Source of the DNA: a virus
Lineage: Duplodnaviria > Caudoviricetes
DNA: 64,000 bases
Direction: 5' to 3' (one strand)
IMG/VR virus record: IMGVR_UViG_3300031994_000061
Coordinates: 1-64,000 of that record
Under the pieces are notes generated by a model. That model was not told the DNA's origin. It searched no databases and saw only the letters and a list, made by a program, of their open reading frames with translations. Of this stretch, positions 35,685 through 45,758 are shown piece after piece. The translations under genes were made by a program, and so were the position numbers. Numbering within the stretch: position 1 is the stretch's first letter; every line of letters begins with the position of its first letter.

Positions 35685-36048
35685 TTACTAATATGTTTGC
35701 TCCAAGTAAGGCGTGCTCCTTGAAATGTAACTCTACCATATCGTAGAAGAAACATATGTCATCATAGCTTGGCGGTTCTCTAAGTAATATGTGAACCTCA
35801 TTTATTTTGAAGAGAACGTACCTTATGAAATAACTATCAAGTTCTCTATCGTCTTGCACAGATAGATACCATCCATCATTCTCTATTCTGTCACGCAGAA
35901 ATTTTAGATACCCATTTTTCTGATAAAAATATGGTTTTATATATCTGTTGGTTCTGAACTCATTATAGTATGCCTCATATAAGCCATTATGTTTCAGAAA
36001 CTGTAACGTTAGTTTAGCAATTCTTGATAACTTTACATTTCGTGTCAT
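35677..36048 (-). CDS. hypothetical protein
   Basis: ORF track, 123 aa. Confidence 0.7.
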   Translation of the reverse strand: MTRNVKLSRIAKLTLQFLKHNGLYEAYYNEFRTNRYIKPYFYQKNGYLKFLRDRIENDGWYLSVQDDRELDSYFIRYVLFKINEVHILLREPPSYDDICFFYDMVELHFKEHALLGANILVNE

Positions 36049-36061
36049 ACACCACTACTTT

Positions 36062-36682
36062 TTATTTTTCCTTCTTAAATTTTGATTTCAACAACTGTTT
36101 ACCTATTTTTTCTACAACCTCTCCCCATGACACTGGTGAATAGTCGTTGTTATCTACACCAACGTCGTATTGTGTTGGGAATAACATGTTTAACCTATTT
36201 ATATCCAACCCTTTTTGATTAGGACCAGAATGCACATGACCAAATAGCTGATATACTAATCCTTTTGGGTCACGATACGTACCTCCATAGCACAGGAATG
36301 GTACGTGGTTAAGGTATACCTTCCTACCTTCAATTTCCACCTTCATCTGGAAGGTTACATAGTCGAACAGTTCCTGCTCGGCAGTTGGTGTCATATTTTT
36401 CTCATCGTGGTTTCCCTTGATTAAAATAATTCTACCATTGAGCTGTTCTCTAATCTTCTTCCAGAATGGGTATCCACCCCATGCAAAATCTCCAAGATGA
36501 AATACCAACCCATCTGGTGGGACTTTCTCATTCCAGTTCTGTATAAGTTTATAGTTCATTTCCTCAACATCCTTAAAGGGTCTGTTGCAGAATTCTATGA
36601 TGTTTGCGTGTCCAAAATGTGTGTCTGATGTAAAAAATATTTTCGAACCGTCTGGATATTTTGTACTAATATTCTCTTTCAT
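36062..36682 (-). CDS. calcineurin-like phosphoesterase
   Basis: SDTHFGH, HLGDF, GNHD, NHVP, GHVH. Confidence 0.9.
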   Translation of the reverse strand: MKENISTKYPDGSKIFFTSDTHFGHANIIEFCNRPFKDVEEMNYKLIQNWNEKVPPDGLVFHLGDFAWGGYPFWKKIREQLNGRIILIKGNHDEKNMTPTAEQELFDYVTFQMKVEIEGRKVYLNHVPFLCYGGTYRDPKGLVYQLFGHVHSGPNQKGLDINRLNMLFPTQYDVGVDNNDYSPVSWGEVVEKIGKQLLKSKFKKEK

Positions 36683-36737
36683 TTTGCAAAGTTATATATT
36701 TTTTTTCGAAAAAACAAATATGTCTAGTTAAATCATG

Positions 36738-37598
36738 TTAAACTAGCATTTTTATATCCTCTATGTTTAAAGAATTATACACGAATTCATATGTATCATC
36801 CTTATAGGTTATCTTTACTCCATACCCCCATGCAGATTCTATAGACTTTATATTTTCTTCGTTAAATTCTATTGGCGAATATGTGAAAATATCCTTCGAT
36901 AACATGAGCATGTCAAGGGTTGACATCTTGGTTATCTCATTCTCAGAACCATTTTCCAGTATTCTGTTAAACTCTTTATCCCTAAGGGCGCAAGAGCTTT
37001 GGTAGTTACCCATGAAAGTTTCCCACTTAAATTGTAAATAATGGAGTGTGTCATTGTTTATTATAATTCTGTTCCAGCAATCATGCCACTTCAATGAGGT
37101 CTCCGACTCATGGTTTGACACATTCTCCAATGTAGGTCTTACAACAAACCAGCACTCCCCACCAAGTTCATCTATGAGTGCCTTTTCGTTTTTAAACCTT
37201 ACATCGTCTATGACGTAATCATAGTTTGTGTCAATCATGGAGCGTATTCTCTCTACGTGCCAGTTTGTATTATATTCCCTAATTAAGTCTGTCCCTATGA
37301 ACTGTAACATTTCCCTTACAGTGTTCAAGACCTTTCCGTTACATTTCTCTTTAACAATATCCAACGGAATCTCTGTTTCTTCAGACAGTATTTCGCACAT
37401 ATCGTTATCCATTGTTATACCTATATCAACACCCTTGTTTTTAGCATCGTTAAGGGCATCAACTGATATATCCAATAAGTCTGCACACAACTGCTTAAGC
37501 GGCAGTGCGAAGTATAGCTTTCTATAGCCCATAGCTTCACAAACCTTCGCAAGTTCTGTCTTTCCAGAACGCATACGACCCGCAAAACCGATAATCAT
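36738..37598 (-). CDS. deoxynucleoside monophosphate kinase-like protein
   Basis: GFAGRMRSGKT P-loop, REMLQFIGT, DDVRFKNE. Confidence 0.85.
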   Translation of the reverse strand: MIIGFAGRMRSGKTELAKVCEAMGYRKLYFALPLKQLCADLLDISVDALNDAKNKGVDIGITMDNDMCEILSEETEIPLDIVKEKCNGKVLNTVREMLQFIGTDLIREYNTNWHVERIRSMIDTNYDYVIDDVRFKNEKALIDELGGECWFVVRPTLENVSNHESETSLKWHDCWNRIIINNDTLHYLQFKWETFMGNYQSSCALRDKEFNRILENGSENEITKMSTLDMLMLSKDIFTYSPIEFNEENIKSIESAWGYGVKITYKDDTYEFVYNSLNIEDIKMLV

Positions 37599-37600
37599 GA

Positions 37601-37912
37601 TTATTCCTCCTCTTCACCCTTTAAAGTACTGTTTATAAGGTCTACCAAATCTTTAAGAGGTACGTTACCAAGAACCTTGTATATTGGTTTATCGTTTTCA
37701 TCGAACAGTATTGTCGTTGGAATCGACTTAATGCCAAGTTTCTCAACTAATGGTTGCATATCTACATCCTTTTCAATATCGATTGCCTCAAATGTAATAT
37801 CCTTGAAGTCTTCCATTTCACTCACCTTCTTGAATGTTGAGGCATATGTGCGGCATGGAGCACACCATGTAGCACTAAATTTTAATACTTTCTTTGTTCT
37901 GTTTGTATTCAT
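37601..37912 (-). CDS. trxA: thioredoxin
   Basis: FSATWCAPC active site; IKSIPT cis-Pro loop. Confidence 0.9.
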   Translation of the reverse strand: MNTNRTKKVLKFSATWCAPCRTYASTFKKVSEMEDFKDITFEAIDIEKDVDMQPLVEKLGIKSIPTTILFDENDKPIYKVLGNVPLKDLVDLINSTLKGEEEE

Positions 37913-39702
37913 CTTCTTCCTATCTTAATTTTTTTCTTATTTTTAAATATATCATTGAACGAATTAATTGTCCTGGTTGAGTTAATGTTTATGGTTGAAC
38001 TTGATGAAATCTTCTTCTCAACTGGCTTTGCGTTGGCTATGATAGCTCTTGCTGAACTCTCGTTGATGATTGTCTTCGTTGTTTTACCAAGAATCCTGTT
38101 TACCTGGTATTCTATTCTTGCAAGTGCTGATGTGCTATTTGCACTATTTGTATCAAAACTATCGAAATCCTTCTCATCAATGAAACCAAGCACGTCTTTT
38201 GCCCTAGTGTAGGCAACATACATGAGGTTGGTTTCTTGTTGAATTTCCCAGTCCTTCTGAGCAGCCTTACTAGGCATTAGTGATGGACACACGATAAACA
38301 CCCTGTTAGCTTCAAGTCCCTTAGCTTTATGTACCGTTGAAAGTGCTATACCCTCTCCCTTGTCACCCTTTGGAAATATCTCATCTATTTTCTTAATAAG
38401 TTCCTCTGTCTTATTAATGCCTTCAGAGAGAATCTCCAGTGCCTTGATGATATCCAGTTTATTCTCGATTAGAGGGTTTTTTAAGGCTGTCTGAGCGTCT
38501 ATTCCAGACCTTACCATAATGTTATTCCTAGTGATAAATAAATCGTCGTAGAGCCTTACAAATAAGCCATCCTTTCTACAATCAACATTTATCTCATCCT
38601 GTTTCATACTCATCACGAGCGTCTTAAGATTTTTACCAATTTCCTTACCCCTAATAAATGCTTTTTTACCAAGCTTTAGAAATTCGTTATAGACTTGTAC
38701 AAGAGGTGCATTATTTCTACACAGTATCATATCTCCATCCTCTACCATATCCAGAGGAACGTCATATAGTATTTTACCTTCTCTGCCACCAGCTTCATTC
38801 CATTCGATTGATGGGACAATGGTTCTGGCGTGTTCTACTATGCTCTTTCCACACCTGTATGAAATACTAAGCGGTAAACATACGGTATTAGGAATTGACT
38901 TAAGAGTATTGAATGATTCTGGGTCGCCACCTGCAAACGAATATAACATCTGGTTTGTATCACCTACGGATATAAGTCTAGTACCCATCTTAAAGCACTT
39001 CAATACAAGCTCTCTCTCAGCTCTATTCATATCCTGGCACTCATCTACCATAATGTAGTCAAACAGAAGTCCAAATGGCTTTAAGTAAAGCACATTAGGC
39101 AACCATATCATATCGACATAATCTATATGGTCAAGTACATGCTTTCCCCATTCCATAATCTTGATTGCAACTGCCTTCTCATCCGCAAACGTTTCGATAC
39201 CATATCTCGCCTCAATGAAATCTAAGTCCTTCTCAGTCTGACACAGGTAATATCTACCAAAGTCAACATACTTAGCTACGTTGTTTATGTATCTAAAGTA
39301 ATCCTTAGATGATATTCTTCTCAGATTGATTGTAGTATAGTCCTTTATATTGTTTCTTATGTGAGAGATATACTTATATTCATCTGGATTTCCTCCAATC
39401 TGTCCTGGGAAATTCTTATTAAGCATTGCAAGACCAACACCATGAAGCGTCTTCACTAGCACATTGCTGAATTTTTTCGTTTTCTTCTGTAATTCAGTTA
39501 CAATATCCCTATTGAATGCTGTCATGAGAACCTGTTTGTCTTCTGGTATTAGTTCTAAACACTTCACTAGTGTTGTTGTTTTTCCAGCACCAGCAGCGGC
39601 TTCTACTACAATGTGACCGTTTCCATGAAGAATCTGGTCAAATATGGCTGATTGATATTTGCTAGGTGTAAAATCATCTGTTACTTTTTTCTTTCTTCCC
39701 AT
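37909..39702 (-). CDS. UvrD/Rep-like superfamily 1 helicase (second paralog)
   Basis: AAAGAGKTT, DECQD, GDTNQ, STVHKAKGLE, YVAYTRAK; start moved to MGRKKK after promoter 39719. Confidence 0.92.
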   Translation of the reverse strand: MGRKKKVTDDFTPSKYQSAIFDQILHGNGHIVVEAAAGAGKTTTLVKCLELIPEDKQVLMTAFNRDIVTELQKKTKKFSNVLVKTLHGVGLAMLNKNFPGQIGGNPDEYKYISHIRNNIKDYTTINLRRISSKDYFRYINNVAKYVDFGRYYLCQTEKDLDFIEARYGIETFADEKAVAIKIMEWGKHVLDHIDYVDMIWLPNVLYLKPFGLLFDYIMVDECQDMNRAERELVLKCFKMGTRLISVGDTNQMLYSFAGGDPESFNTLKSIPNTVCLPLSISYRCGKSIVEHARTIVPSIEWNEAGGREGKILYDVPLDMVEDGDMILCRNNAPLVQVYNEFLKLGKKAFIRGKEIGKNLKTLVMSMKQDEINVDCRKDGLFVRLYDDLFITRNNIMVRSGIDAQTALKNPLIENKLDIIKALEILSEGINKTEELIKKIDEIFPKGDKGEGIALSTVHKAKGLEANRVFIVCPSLMPSKAAQKDWEIQQETNLMYVAYTRAKDVLGFIDEKDFDSFDTNSANSTSALARIEYQVNRILGKTTKTIINESSARAIIANAKPVEKKISSSSTININSTRTINSFNDIFKNKKKIKIGRR

Positions 39703-39749
39703 TATCTTTGTTTTTATGCAAAGATATATAAAAAATATTAAAAAACAAA

Positions 39750-39787
39750 ATAAACGGGCTAGAAACTTATCTAACCCGTTCATTTTT
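39750..39787 (-). terminator. intrinsic terminator
   Basis: AACGGG...CCCGTT stem with A tract on the + strand. Confidence 0.6.
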
Positions 39788-39802
39788 CTGTCTACTTCTC
39801 CT

Positions 39803-40597
39803 TTAACCCTCCTGGAAGATGTCCTTCAAGTAGTTGCGCAGGTGAGGATTCTTCTCAAGCGTCTGCTTGATTTTGTCCTTCAGCTGTACTACTGAGGGGT
39901 CGATGGCTACGCCTCTGCCCTCACGAGCTGCACGAACCTCGTTCATACGTCTGTCCTTGTCCTCAAGGAAACGAACGAGCTGCTCACGGCTTGCACCCTC
40001 TACGTCAATCTCGGTGTCCCAAAGCTTGGTCTGGATGATGTCTACCAGCTGCTCACGCTCCATGCTTGCGAATGGAAGCTGCTGGCTCTGACCCTGTGGA
40101 GCTGGCTGCGGATTGCGTGGCCAAGGTCTGAAACGACCATCTGCACCACGAGGCTGGATACCAACTGGTGGTACAGGCTCTGCTCCCTGGCGATGGAAAT
40201 CATCGTACAATCCACCTGGATGAGGCATTCCACCTGGGCGAGGAGCACCGCATGGACGAGGAGGGAATGGGCGACCCTGTGGTGTACGACCCTGTGGCTG
40301 ACCGCCTACTGGAGGTACTGGAGCACCGTTCTCCATTGCAAGGGGTGACTCTTCGATTGGCTTAATCTCCAGAACATTACCAGTTGCAATGAGCAACTTT
40401 GCGAAAGTGGTAAGGGTAATCTCACCATTACCGTCGAGAATCTGCGCCAACTCGCCCTCAGAAATGGCAAGTGCGTATGCCAACTCGCTACGAGAAGTGT
40501 TAACCTCCTGCATGAACTGAGACATCTTACTGCGGATGTCATTCTTCGCCTGGCGAACCCACTCGCTGGCCGATGCTTGTAAAATTTGTCTATTCAT
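39803..40597 (-). CDS. XRE-type HTH protein with Pro/Gly/Gln-rich low-complexity linker
   Basis: SRSELAYALAISEGELAQILDG...ITLTTFAKL HTH; PPVGGQPQGR-type repeats. Confidence 0.7.
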   Translation of the reverse strand: MNRQILQASASEWVRQAKNDIRSKMSQFMQEVNTSRSELAYALAISEGELAQILDGNGEITLTTFAKLLIATGNVLEIKPIEESPLAMENGAPVPPVGGQPQGRTPQGRPFPPRPCGAPRPGGMPHPGGLYDDFHRQGAEPVPPVGIQPRGADGRFRPWPRNPQPAPQGQSQQLPFASMEREQLVDIIQTKLWDTEIDVEGASREQLVRFLEDKDRRMNEVRAAREGRGVAIDPSVVQLKDKIKQTLEKNPHLRNYLKDIFQEG

Positions 40598-40693
40598 TTT
40601 CTAAACTGTTTATAAGTTATAATTCCGTTTAATTTCGAATTTCGGTGCAAAGATATATGTTTTTTTTGTAAAAACCAAATCCTTTAACACTTT

Positions 40694-41944
40694 TTAATAT
40701 AAATGATAAGCTTTCTTTCTAATACTGATTAGTAAATCATCTACGAACCTCTCGTCGATTTTGGCTGGAATTGTTGACTCAGCAATAGCCTTGTCAAGCT
40801 CTTCCTTATCCTCATCAACGATTGCCATTAGTTCATCATATTCGAACTTATGATTTCTGACATCCATCAAGAACTCCCTGTCACCAGCTTCACGTCTGTC
40901 AAGAATAAGTCCCTTACCCTCTGCAATCTCTCTACCCATTCTCATAAGTCTGATACAGTGCATCATGTTCTTTGAGTCATAGTTCTTATCGAGATTTGAT
41001 TCATAACGCTTCGGGTTGCGGTTCTGTTCCCACTCCTTGTACTCCTTATACTTCTTGCAGTGGTCTTGGAAACCACTCTCGTTGTATACCATATGAACAA
41101 GAGGTTTTTCTCCTTTTGATACAGAAGAACCACGCATATCAGTAGCTTGGTCAAGGCACATACCACGATAATGCTTTACAACCTTATTCTCTTCGAACCA
41201 CTTGTTGAAAGTATTCCAGTTGGTTAATTCATACTTGAAGACGATAAAGTGAGACAAACGTCCAAGCTCATCACCACTAACAGTATCACTTGAATAACCG
41301 TTAAACAGCATTTCAGCAGTAATACCTTTAGCCTTGAAATGAGCACCGAAGTCATAGTATACACCATAGGTATCGTGCATGTTAGGAATATGTACAAGTC
41401 CGCAGAAGTCCTTCTCAAGTCCACGATTCCACAGCCAATCCTTTATCTTGGTGCTACCCTGGTTGTAGAAGGTATATGCAAAGTCATAAGGAGTAAGACG
41501 CTCTGTTACTGGATTCACAATCTTCTTGTTCAATCCACGAGCCTTCTTAATCTGCATGACAGCATAACCCACGAACGGGTTGAAACACTGTTTGGTGATG
41601 AACTTATCCTTGTTCTCAAAGAGTTCAGCAAGGATTGGAGAAGGCTTAGTGAGAATCTTGTCTTCTGGAACAAACAGTGATTCGATAATGCTAGGGTTAG
41701 ACTTCATAAGCATATGCATATACTTGCGAAGCTCATACCATGTATTATCATTCTTTGCATCCGCAACAAGCTCCTGGTATCCAAGACCGATACCAAGTAG
41801 GGTATTGTGAGGTGCAATGAAGAGTCCACTGCTATCAACGTCTGAATCCTGGTTATTCAGACCATAGAGGTGAGAACCCCTCACATACTCGTAGAGGAGT
41901 CTACCGTCTTCTCTGATTTTATCGAAATTAGTCTTCATCTTCAA
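40694..41944 (-). CDS. predicted nucleotidyltransferase (Pol-beta superfamily)
   Basis: RGSHLYGL...SDVD (GS...DxD), KSNPSIIE, KNMMHCIRL. Confidence 0.88.
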   Translation of the reverse strand: MKMKTNFDKIREDGRLLYEYVRGSHLYGLNNQDSDVDSSGLFIAPHNTLLGIGLGYQELVADAKNDNTWYELRKYMHMLMKSNPSIIESLFVPEDKILTKPSPILAELFENKDKFITKQCFNPFVGYAVMQIKKARGLNKKIVNPVTERLTPYDFAYTFYNQGSTKIKDWLWNRGLEKDFCGLVHIPNMHDTYGVYYDFGAHFKAKGITAEMLFNGYSSDTVSGDELGRLSHFIVFKYELTNWNTFNKWFEENKVVKHYRGMCLDQATDMRGSSVSKGEKPLVHMVYNESGFQDHCKKYKEYKEWEQNRNPKRYESNLDKNYDSKNMMHCIRLMRMGREIAEGKGLILDRREAGDREFLMDVRNHKFEYDELMAIVDEDKEELDKAIAESTIPAKIDERFVDDLLISIRKKAYHLY

Positions 41945-42731
41945 ATTTAATTAACTTATCAATGTAATTTCTATCCTCACCCTTAAGGATTGGCATTTCG
42001 TAGTCAATAACCCACTTTTCACCTTTCTTGACAACTGCTGTGCCACGTTTCTCTGGAACGGTAAGGTTATTCCAGTTGATGCCGAAATTATCCATTAGCA
42101 TATCCTGCATCTGGCTTGAGTTCTTTCCATGTAGTTGCCTATATGAGAACTTGGACTGTGCCAGTGAAGAAATAGAGTTACGTGTAGCATCCTGTTGTCT
42201 CCAGAGAACACAGTTAGTTACTTCCTCAACAGGAGTGTTGAACACACGTGCATCGAACATTGCTCCTTTGTTAATAGCTTTTTCATAAACAGAGTTTAGC
42301 TTATGTGCATTTTCATCAACTTCAACATTGGCGAATGTCCCTAAGAACCATTCAGAATACGCCTTCTCGAATTCCTGGTTGAAATACAGTGTACACATAG
42401 AAGCAGCCACAGAACATATCTTCTGAGTACTGTAATCAAACCAAGCATTTGTGTCAAGCGTCTCATAGTCAATCAGAATAAGTGTAATCTCATCCGACTG
42501 AGTATAACCAAACACACAACCCTGGATATTCTCGCACAACCTCAGAGTTGTCTGCTGCATTGCTTTCATCATCACCTTATCAAATGGTTTATCGAAACCA
42601 CGTGTAAAGGTGTGGAATGCCTTACCATCCAGTCTAATGATGACTGGCATACGTCTTACGAGATAAGTCTTAGCTCTGTTCTCGTAGTTATTTTTCATCC
42701 TGTCTCCCAGACTATCTCTCTTATTTGCCAT
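41928..42731 (-). CDS. thg1: tRNA-His guanylyltransferase Thg1-like protein
   Basis: IRLDGKAFH, YTQSDEI, FDAR, WRQQDATRNSI. Confidence 0.92.
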   Translation of the reverse strand: MANKRDSLGDRMKNNYENRAKTYLVRRMPVIIRLDGKAFHTFTRGFDKPFDKVMMKAMQQTTLRLCENIQGCVFGYTQSDEITLILIDYETLDTNAWFDYSTQKICSVAASMCTLYFNQEFEKAYSEWFLGTFANVEVDENAHKLNSVYEKAINKGAMFDARVFNTPVEEVTNCVLWRQQDATRNSISSLAQSKFSYRQLHGKNSSQMQDMLMDNFGINWNNLTVPEKRGTAVVKKGEKWVIDYEMPILKGEDRNYIDKLIKFEDED

Positions 42732-43404
42732 TTTTCTTCTTGATTATTAATGTTGAATCACTATAGTTTATCATTATATCTCCAAACCGACTGAGCATTT
42801 TTTGTCCAAATAATGGAGAATCATCAGCACTACCACCTTCTGGGTCTGATGTACATTTGACAGAATCTATCCTAATACCAGTCAGTTCCACTGATTTAAG
42901 CAGATATTCTACGCACTCATGTTCTTTTCCATCAGCATAGATACATGTTGCTGTCCCTACAGGTTTCTTAGAATCAAGTAACCCCTGGTGTTCTAGGAAT
43001 AAAACCTCTACTGGTGTTAGGTGTATATCAGCACATCCAGTATCAAGTAAAAAACGCATTTCAACTCCATTAATCTTTGGTCTGATATACATCATATTAT
43101 TGCTGATTTCAAGTTTTATCTTGATTGTATTCTCAACCTCTGGAGTTGGAATCTCTTGCTCTGGCAATGTGTCATTGACGATACCTATGTTGGTAAGTCC
43201 TTCATTAGCTTCCTGTTTAATTCTTTGTAAGCTGAAAGCTTCTGCAACCCTGTTATAAGCAGTATCCTTATATTCGGTAAGTTTCTCTCCAACCCTGTCG
43301 ATTGCTGCTGGTCCACCAACAACAAACACGAAAGAGATACACACGACTAGTATAAGAACCAGAAGTATCTTAATACTCTTGAATAAACAACCCTTATTTT
43401 TCAT
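42721..43404 (-). CDS. membrane-anchored retropepsin-like aspartic protease
   Basis: N-terminal transmembrane helix; FLLDTGC; PLFGQKML flap-like motif. Confidence 0.8.
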   Translation of the reverse strand: MKNKGCLFKSIKILLVLILVVCISFVFVVGGPAAIDRVGEKLTEYKDTAYNRVAEAFSLQRIKQEANEGLTNIGIVNDTLPEQEIPTPEVENTIKIKLEISNNMMYIRPKINGVEMRFLLDTGCADIHLTPVEVLFLEHQGLLDSKKPVGTATCIYADGKEHECVEYLLKSVELTGIRIDSVKCTSDPEGGSADDSPLFGQKMLSRFGDIMINYSDSTLIIKKKNGK

Positions 43405-43636
43405 TGCTAATTATTTTTTTTAATGCATTAACACAGTCGGAATATCTCATGTGACCCTTGGTTACAACCTTTCTATCCTTCAGTGCTCTAAACTCATGAT
43501 GCCGATATACAGAGCAATGGTTATGGCAAGTCTGCTCTATATATTCTATAACATAACCCTTATATTTATATCTCCTTAACACTCCAGGCTTACTCCAGGG
43601 TGTACATTCAAACCAAGGTGCTGTTTTACTTTCCAT
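43394..43636 (-). CDS. hypothetical protein
   Basis: ORF track, 80 aa. Confidence 0.65.
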   Translation of the reverse strand: MESKTAPWFECTPWSKPGVLRRYKYKGYVIEYIEQTCHNHCSVYRHHEFRALKDRKVVTKGHMRYSDCVNALKKIISNEK

Positions 43637-43988
43637 TGTTAATCATCGCTTTTAGTGATGGTGTTATGTTCTTTATTCCAAACAATACGTTCTCGTATAC
43701 GGTTGGGTCAATCTCAGTAATTTCACCAGCCAACACACTATTAACAAAGTCTAATGACGGAATTGGTAATCCTTTTGGTTCATATGAGATATTACAATGT
43801 CCACCATTAACATTGTCGAGAATACATATATAGTCAATGATAGGTGTGTAGTCTTCATAACCAATACACCTTTGGAAATACCCATCGTTAATTTTGTAGA
43901 CATGGCCTTCCTTGTAGGTATACTTCTTAAACTCGCTCAAGCTTATATACTTATTTATGCTGCGGATGTAAATATCATTATTCTTCAT
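43626..43988 (-). CDS. hypothetical protein
   Basis: ORF track, 120 aa. Confidence 0.7.
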   Translation of the reverse strand: MKNNDIYIRSINKYISLSEFKKYTYKEGHVYKINDGYFQRCIGYEDYTPIIDYICILDNVNGGHCNISYEPKGLPIPSLDFVNSVLAGEITEIDPTVYENVLFGIKNITPSLKAMINNGK

Positions 43989-43989
43989 A

Positions 43990-44229
43990 TCATTTATGAT
44001 TGTTATGTTTACGAACTTCCTCTATAGTCCACCTTGGGATAAAATATGTTTTATCTGGGCATCTTGAATTCTTCTTGAGGTGGGTGAACCTTTTATCAAC
44101 CTCATCTGTTTTGCCAGAATTCTCTGCTGCAATGTAAGCTGCCCCACAAGTGTACGTCTCGTAGTCACAGTTTATGGCCAGTTTCCTGTCACAATTCTTG
44201 CAGAATGGTTTACGTCCTATCTGAGCCAT
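43990..44229 (-). CDS. small Cys-containing hypothetical protein
   Basis: ORF track, 79 aa, CKNC motif. Confidence 0.6.
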   Translation of the reverse strand: MAQIGRKPFCKNCDRKLAINCDYETYTCGAAYIAAENSGKTDEVDKRFTHLKKNSRCPDKTYFIPRWTIEEVRKHNNHK

Positions 44230-44231
44230 TG

Positions 44232-44612
44232 TTATTTAGAATTAATATATATCATTTCGTACCAATCACCGTCTTCAACAATCTCAAAGCCTTCGGATTT
44301 ATACAGGTGTAATGCCCTGTAGTTACCATGAGCGCAGGACAGGTATATGTTTATCTCACCACACATTTCTTTTATATGCCTCAGCATTTGTCTACCAATA
44401 CCTTTATTTCGGTTATTTTCATTCCAAATACCAAAACTATGGAGGTATATACCACCTCTAATTTTAGAATAATAAATCGATAATGACCCGATTTTTTTTT
44501 TGGTTGACTCCATAATAGCGTATAACGTACCACTTGGCGCAAGTGGTACATCGTATCCACCCTCACATAGCGGAATATAATTACCTTCGAATTTCAAACT
44601 TATATCTTCCAT
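44232..44612 (-). CDS. GNAT family acetyltransferase
   Basis: NRNKGIGRQML; NYRALHLYKSEGF. Confidence 0.85.
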   Translation of the reverse strand: MEDISLKFEGNYIPLCEGGYDVPLAPSGTLYAIMESTKKKIGSLSIYYSKIRGGIYLHSFGIWNENNRNKGIGRQMLRHIKEMCGEINIYLSCAHGNYRALHLYKSEGFEIVEDGDWYEMIYINSK

Positions 44613-44708
44613 TTTTTGTTTATCTTTTTATTTTCTGTTGCAAAGATACACAAAAAAAACGAGATAACCAAATGTTACCCCGTTTTTTAATGTTTTTTAA
44701 TGGTTGAA

Positions 44709-45206
44709 TTACCAACCAAAATCTTCACAATCCCACCAGTGAGTCTCACCGATAAGCTCCTTGTTCATTGGAGGAGGACAGTTCAGTGGCTGACGAACAG
44801 CCTGGCACTTTGTGATAGGTGCGTTACCCTTCTTGCCCATTCCACGAGCGATACAGTCCTCACCAGCTTCTACGAACTTGTCGTATGCAGCGTGGTCGCT
44901 CTCGAACTGCCAACGCTTGTCGTAATCCTCGCAACGAGGCTCATCAATCTCAAATGCTGCGCCAAAACGCTTGTTCTCACATGCTGGTGTTCCAGCGATA
45001 CCCCACTCTGGGGCTGGTGCGCCACAACCACATGGGTTTGGACGTGGTGTCCACTGTGGCTTGCAAGGTTCAGCAGGACGTGGTGTCCATGCTGGCTTGT
45101 TGCAACGAGGTGCTGGCTTCTCAAAAACCTGTGAGATAGCCTCACCAATCTTCTCTGCTACGTCACTGAACGTAGGAATACCGATAACAAAAATTTTTGC
45201 TTCCAT
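44709..45206 (-). CDS. Pro/Cys-rich hypothetical protein
   Basis: WTPRP repeats; own promoter at 45257. Confidence 0.7.
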   Translation of the reverse strand: MEAKIFVIGIPTFSDVAEKIGEAISQVFEKPAPRCNKPAWTPRPAEPCKPQWTPRPNPCGCGAPAPEWGIAGTPACENKRFGAAFEIDEPRCEDYDKRWQFESDHAAYDKFVEAGEDCIARGMGKKGNAPITKCQAVRQPLNCPPPMNKELIGETHWWDCEDFGW

Positions 45207-45314
45207 AACTATTAAAGTTTATATTAAGTTTTTTCGTAAACTTGTGATTTACGGTGCAAAGATATATATTTTTTTCCTTAATTCCAAATTTTCTGAGAAT
45301 TTTTTTTCATTTTT

Positions 45315-45758
45315 CTATCTTTTTCCACCAAAATGCCTTCCAGAAGGTCTGTTTCCACCTCTATTTATATTATTAGGTACGTGTCTGTGCGTGTGACCTC
45401 CTCTGTTAATATCTGGTCTGTGTGTACCTCCTGGGTGTGGTTCGTGATGATAACTTGGCTGGTGAGGTCTATGGCGATAAAAGTCTCTAGGAACTGGTCT
45501 ATGATGCCTTGGAGGTAATGGTCTTGCATAATGTCTGAAATGCCATCCGTTGTTGTAATAGTAAGGATAGTAGTATAGGTCACGATAGATGTAGTACATG
45601 AGTAGACCATCAGTATTATAATATGGAGTTCCGTTTGATACGATAACGGAAATGTCAGCCTCATCGTCAAGCTGAGCGTAGGCTGCTGTCACGCATGATG
45701 TCAGACTGAATGACATCACTAATCCAACAATAAATAAAAAAATCTTTTTCATAAGCAT
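45315..45758 (-). CDS. putative lipoprotein with His/Arg/Gly-rich tail
   Basis: lipobox LTSC; own promoter at 45781. Confidence 0.7.
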   Translation of the reverse strand: MLMKKIFLFIVGLVMSFSLTSCVTAAYAQLDDEADISVIVSNGTPYYNTDGLLMYYIYRDLYYYPYYYNNGWHFRHYARPLPPRHHRPVPRDFYRHRPHQPSYHHEPHPGGTHRPDINRGGHTHRHVPNNINRGGNRPSGRHFGGKR

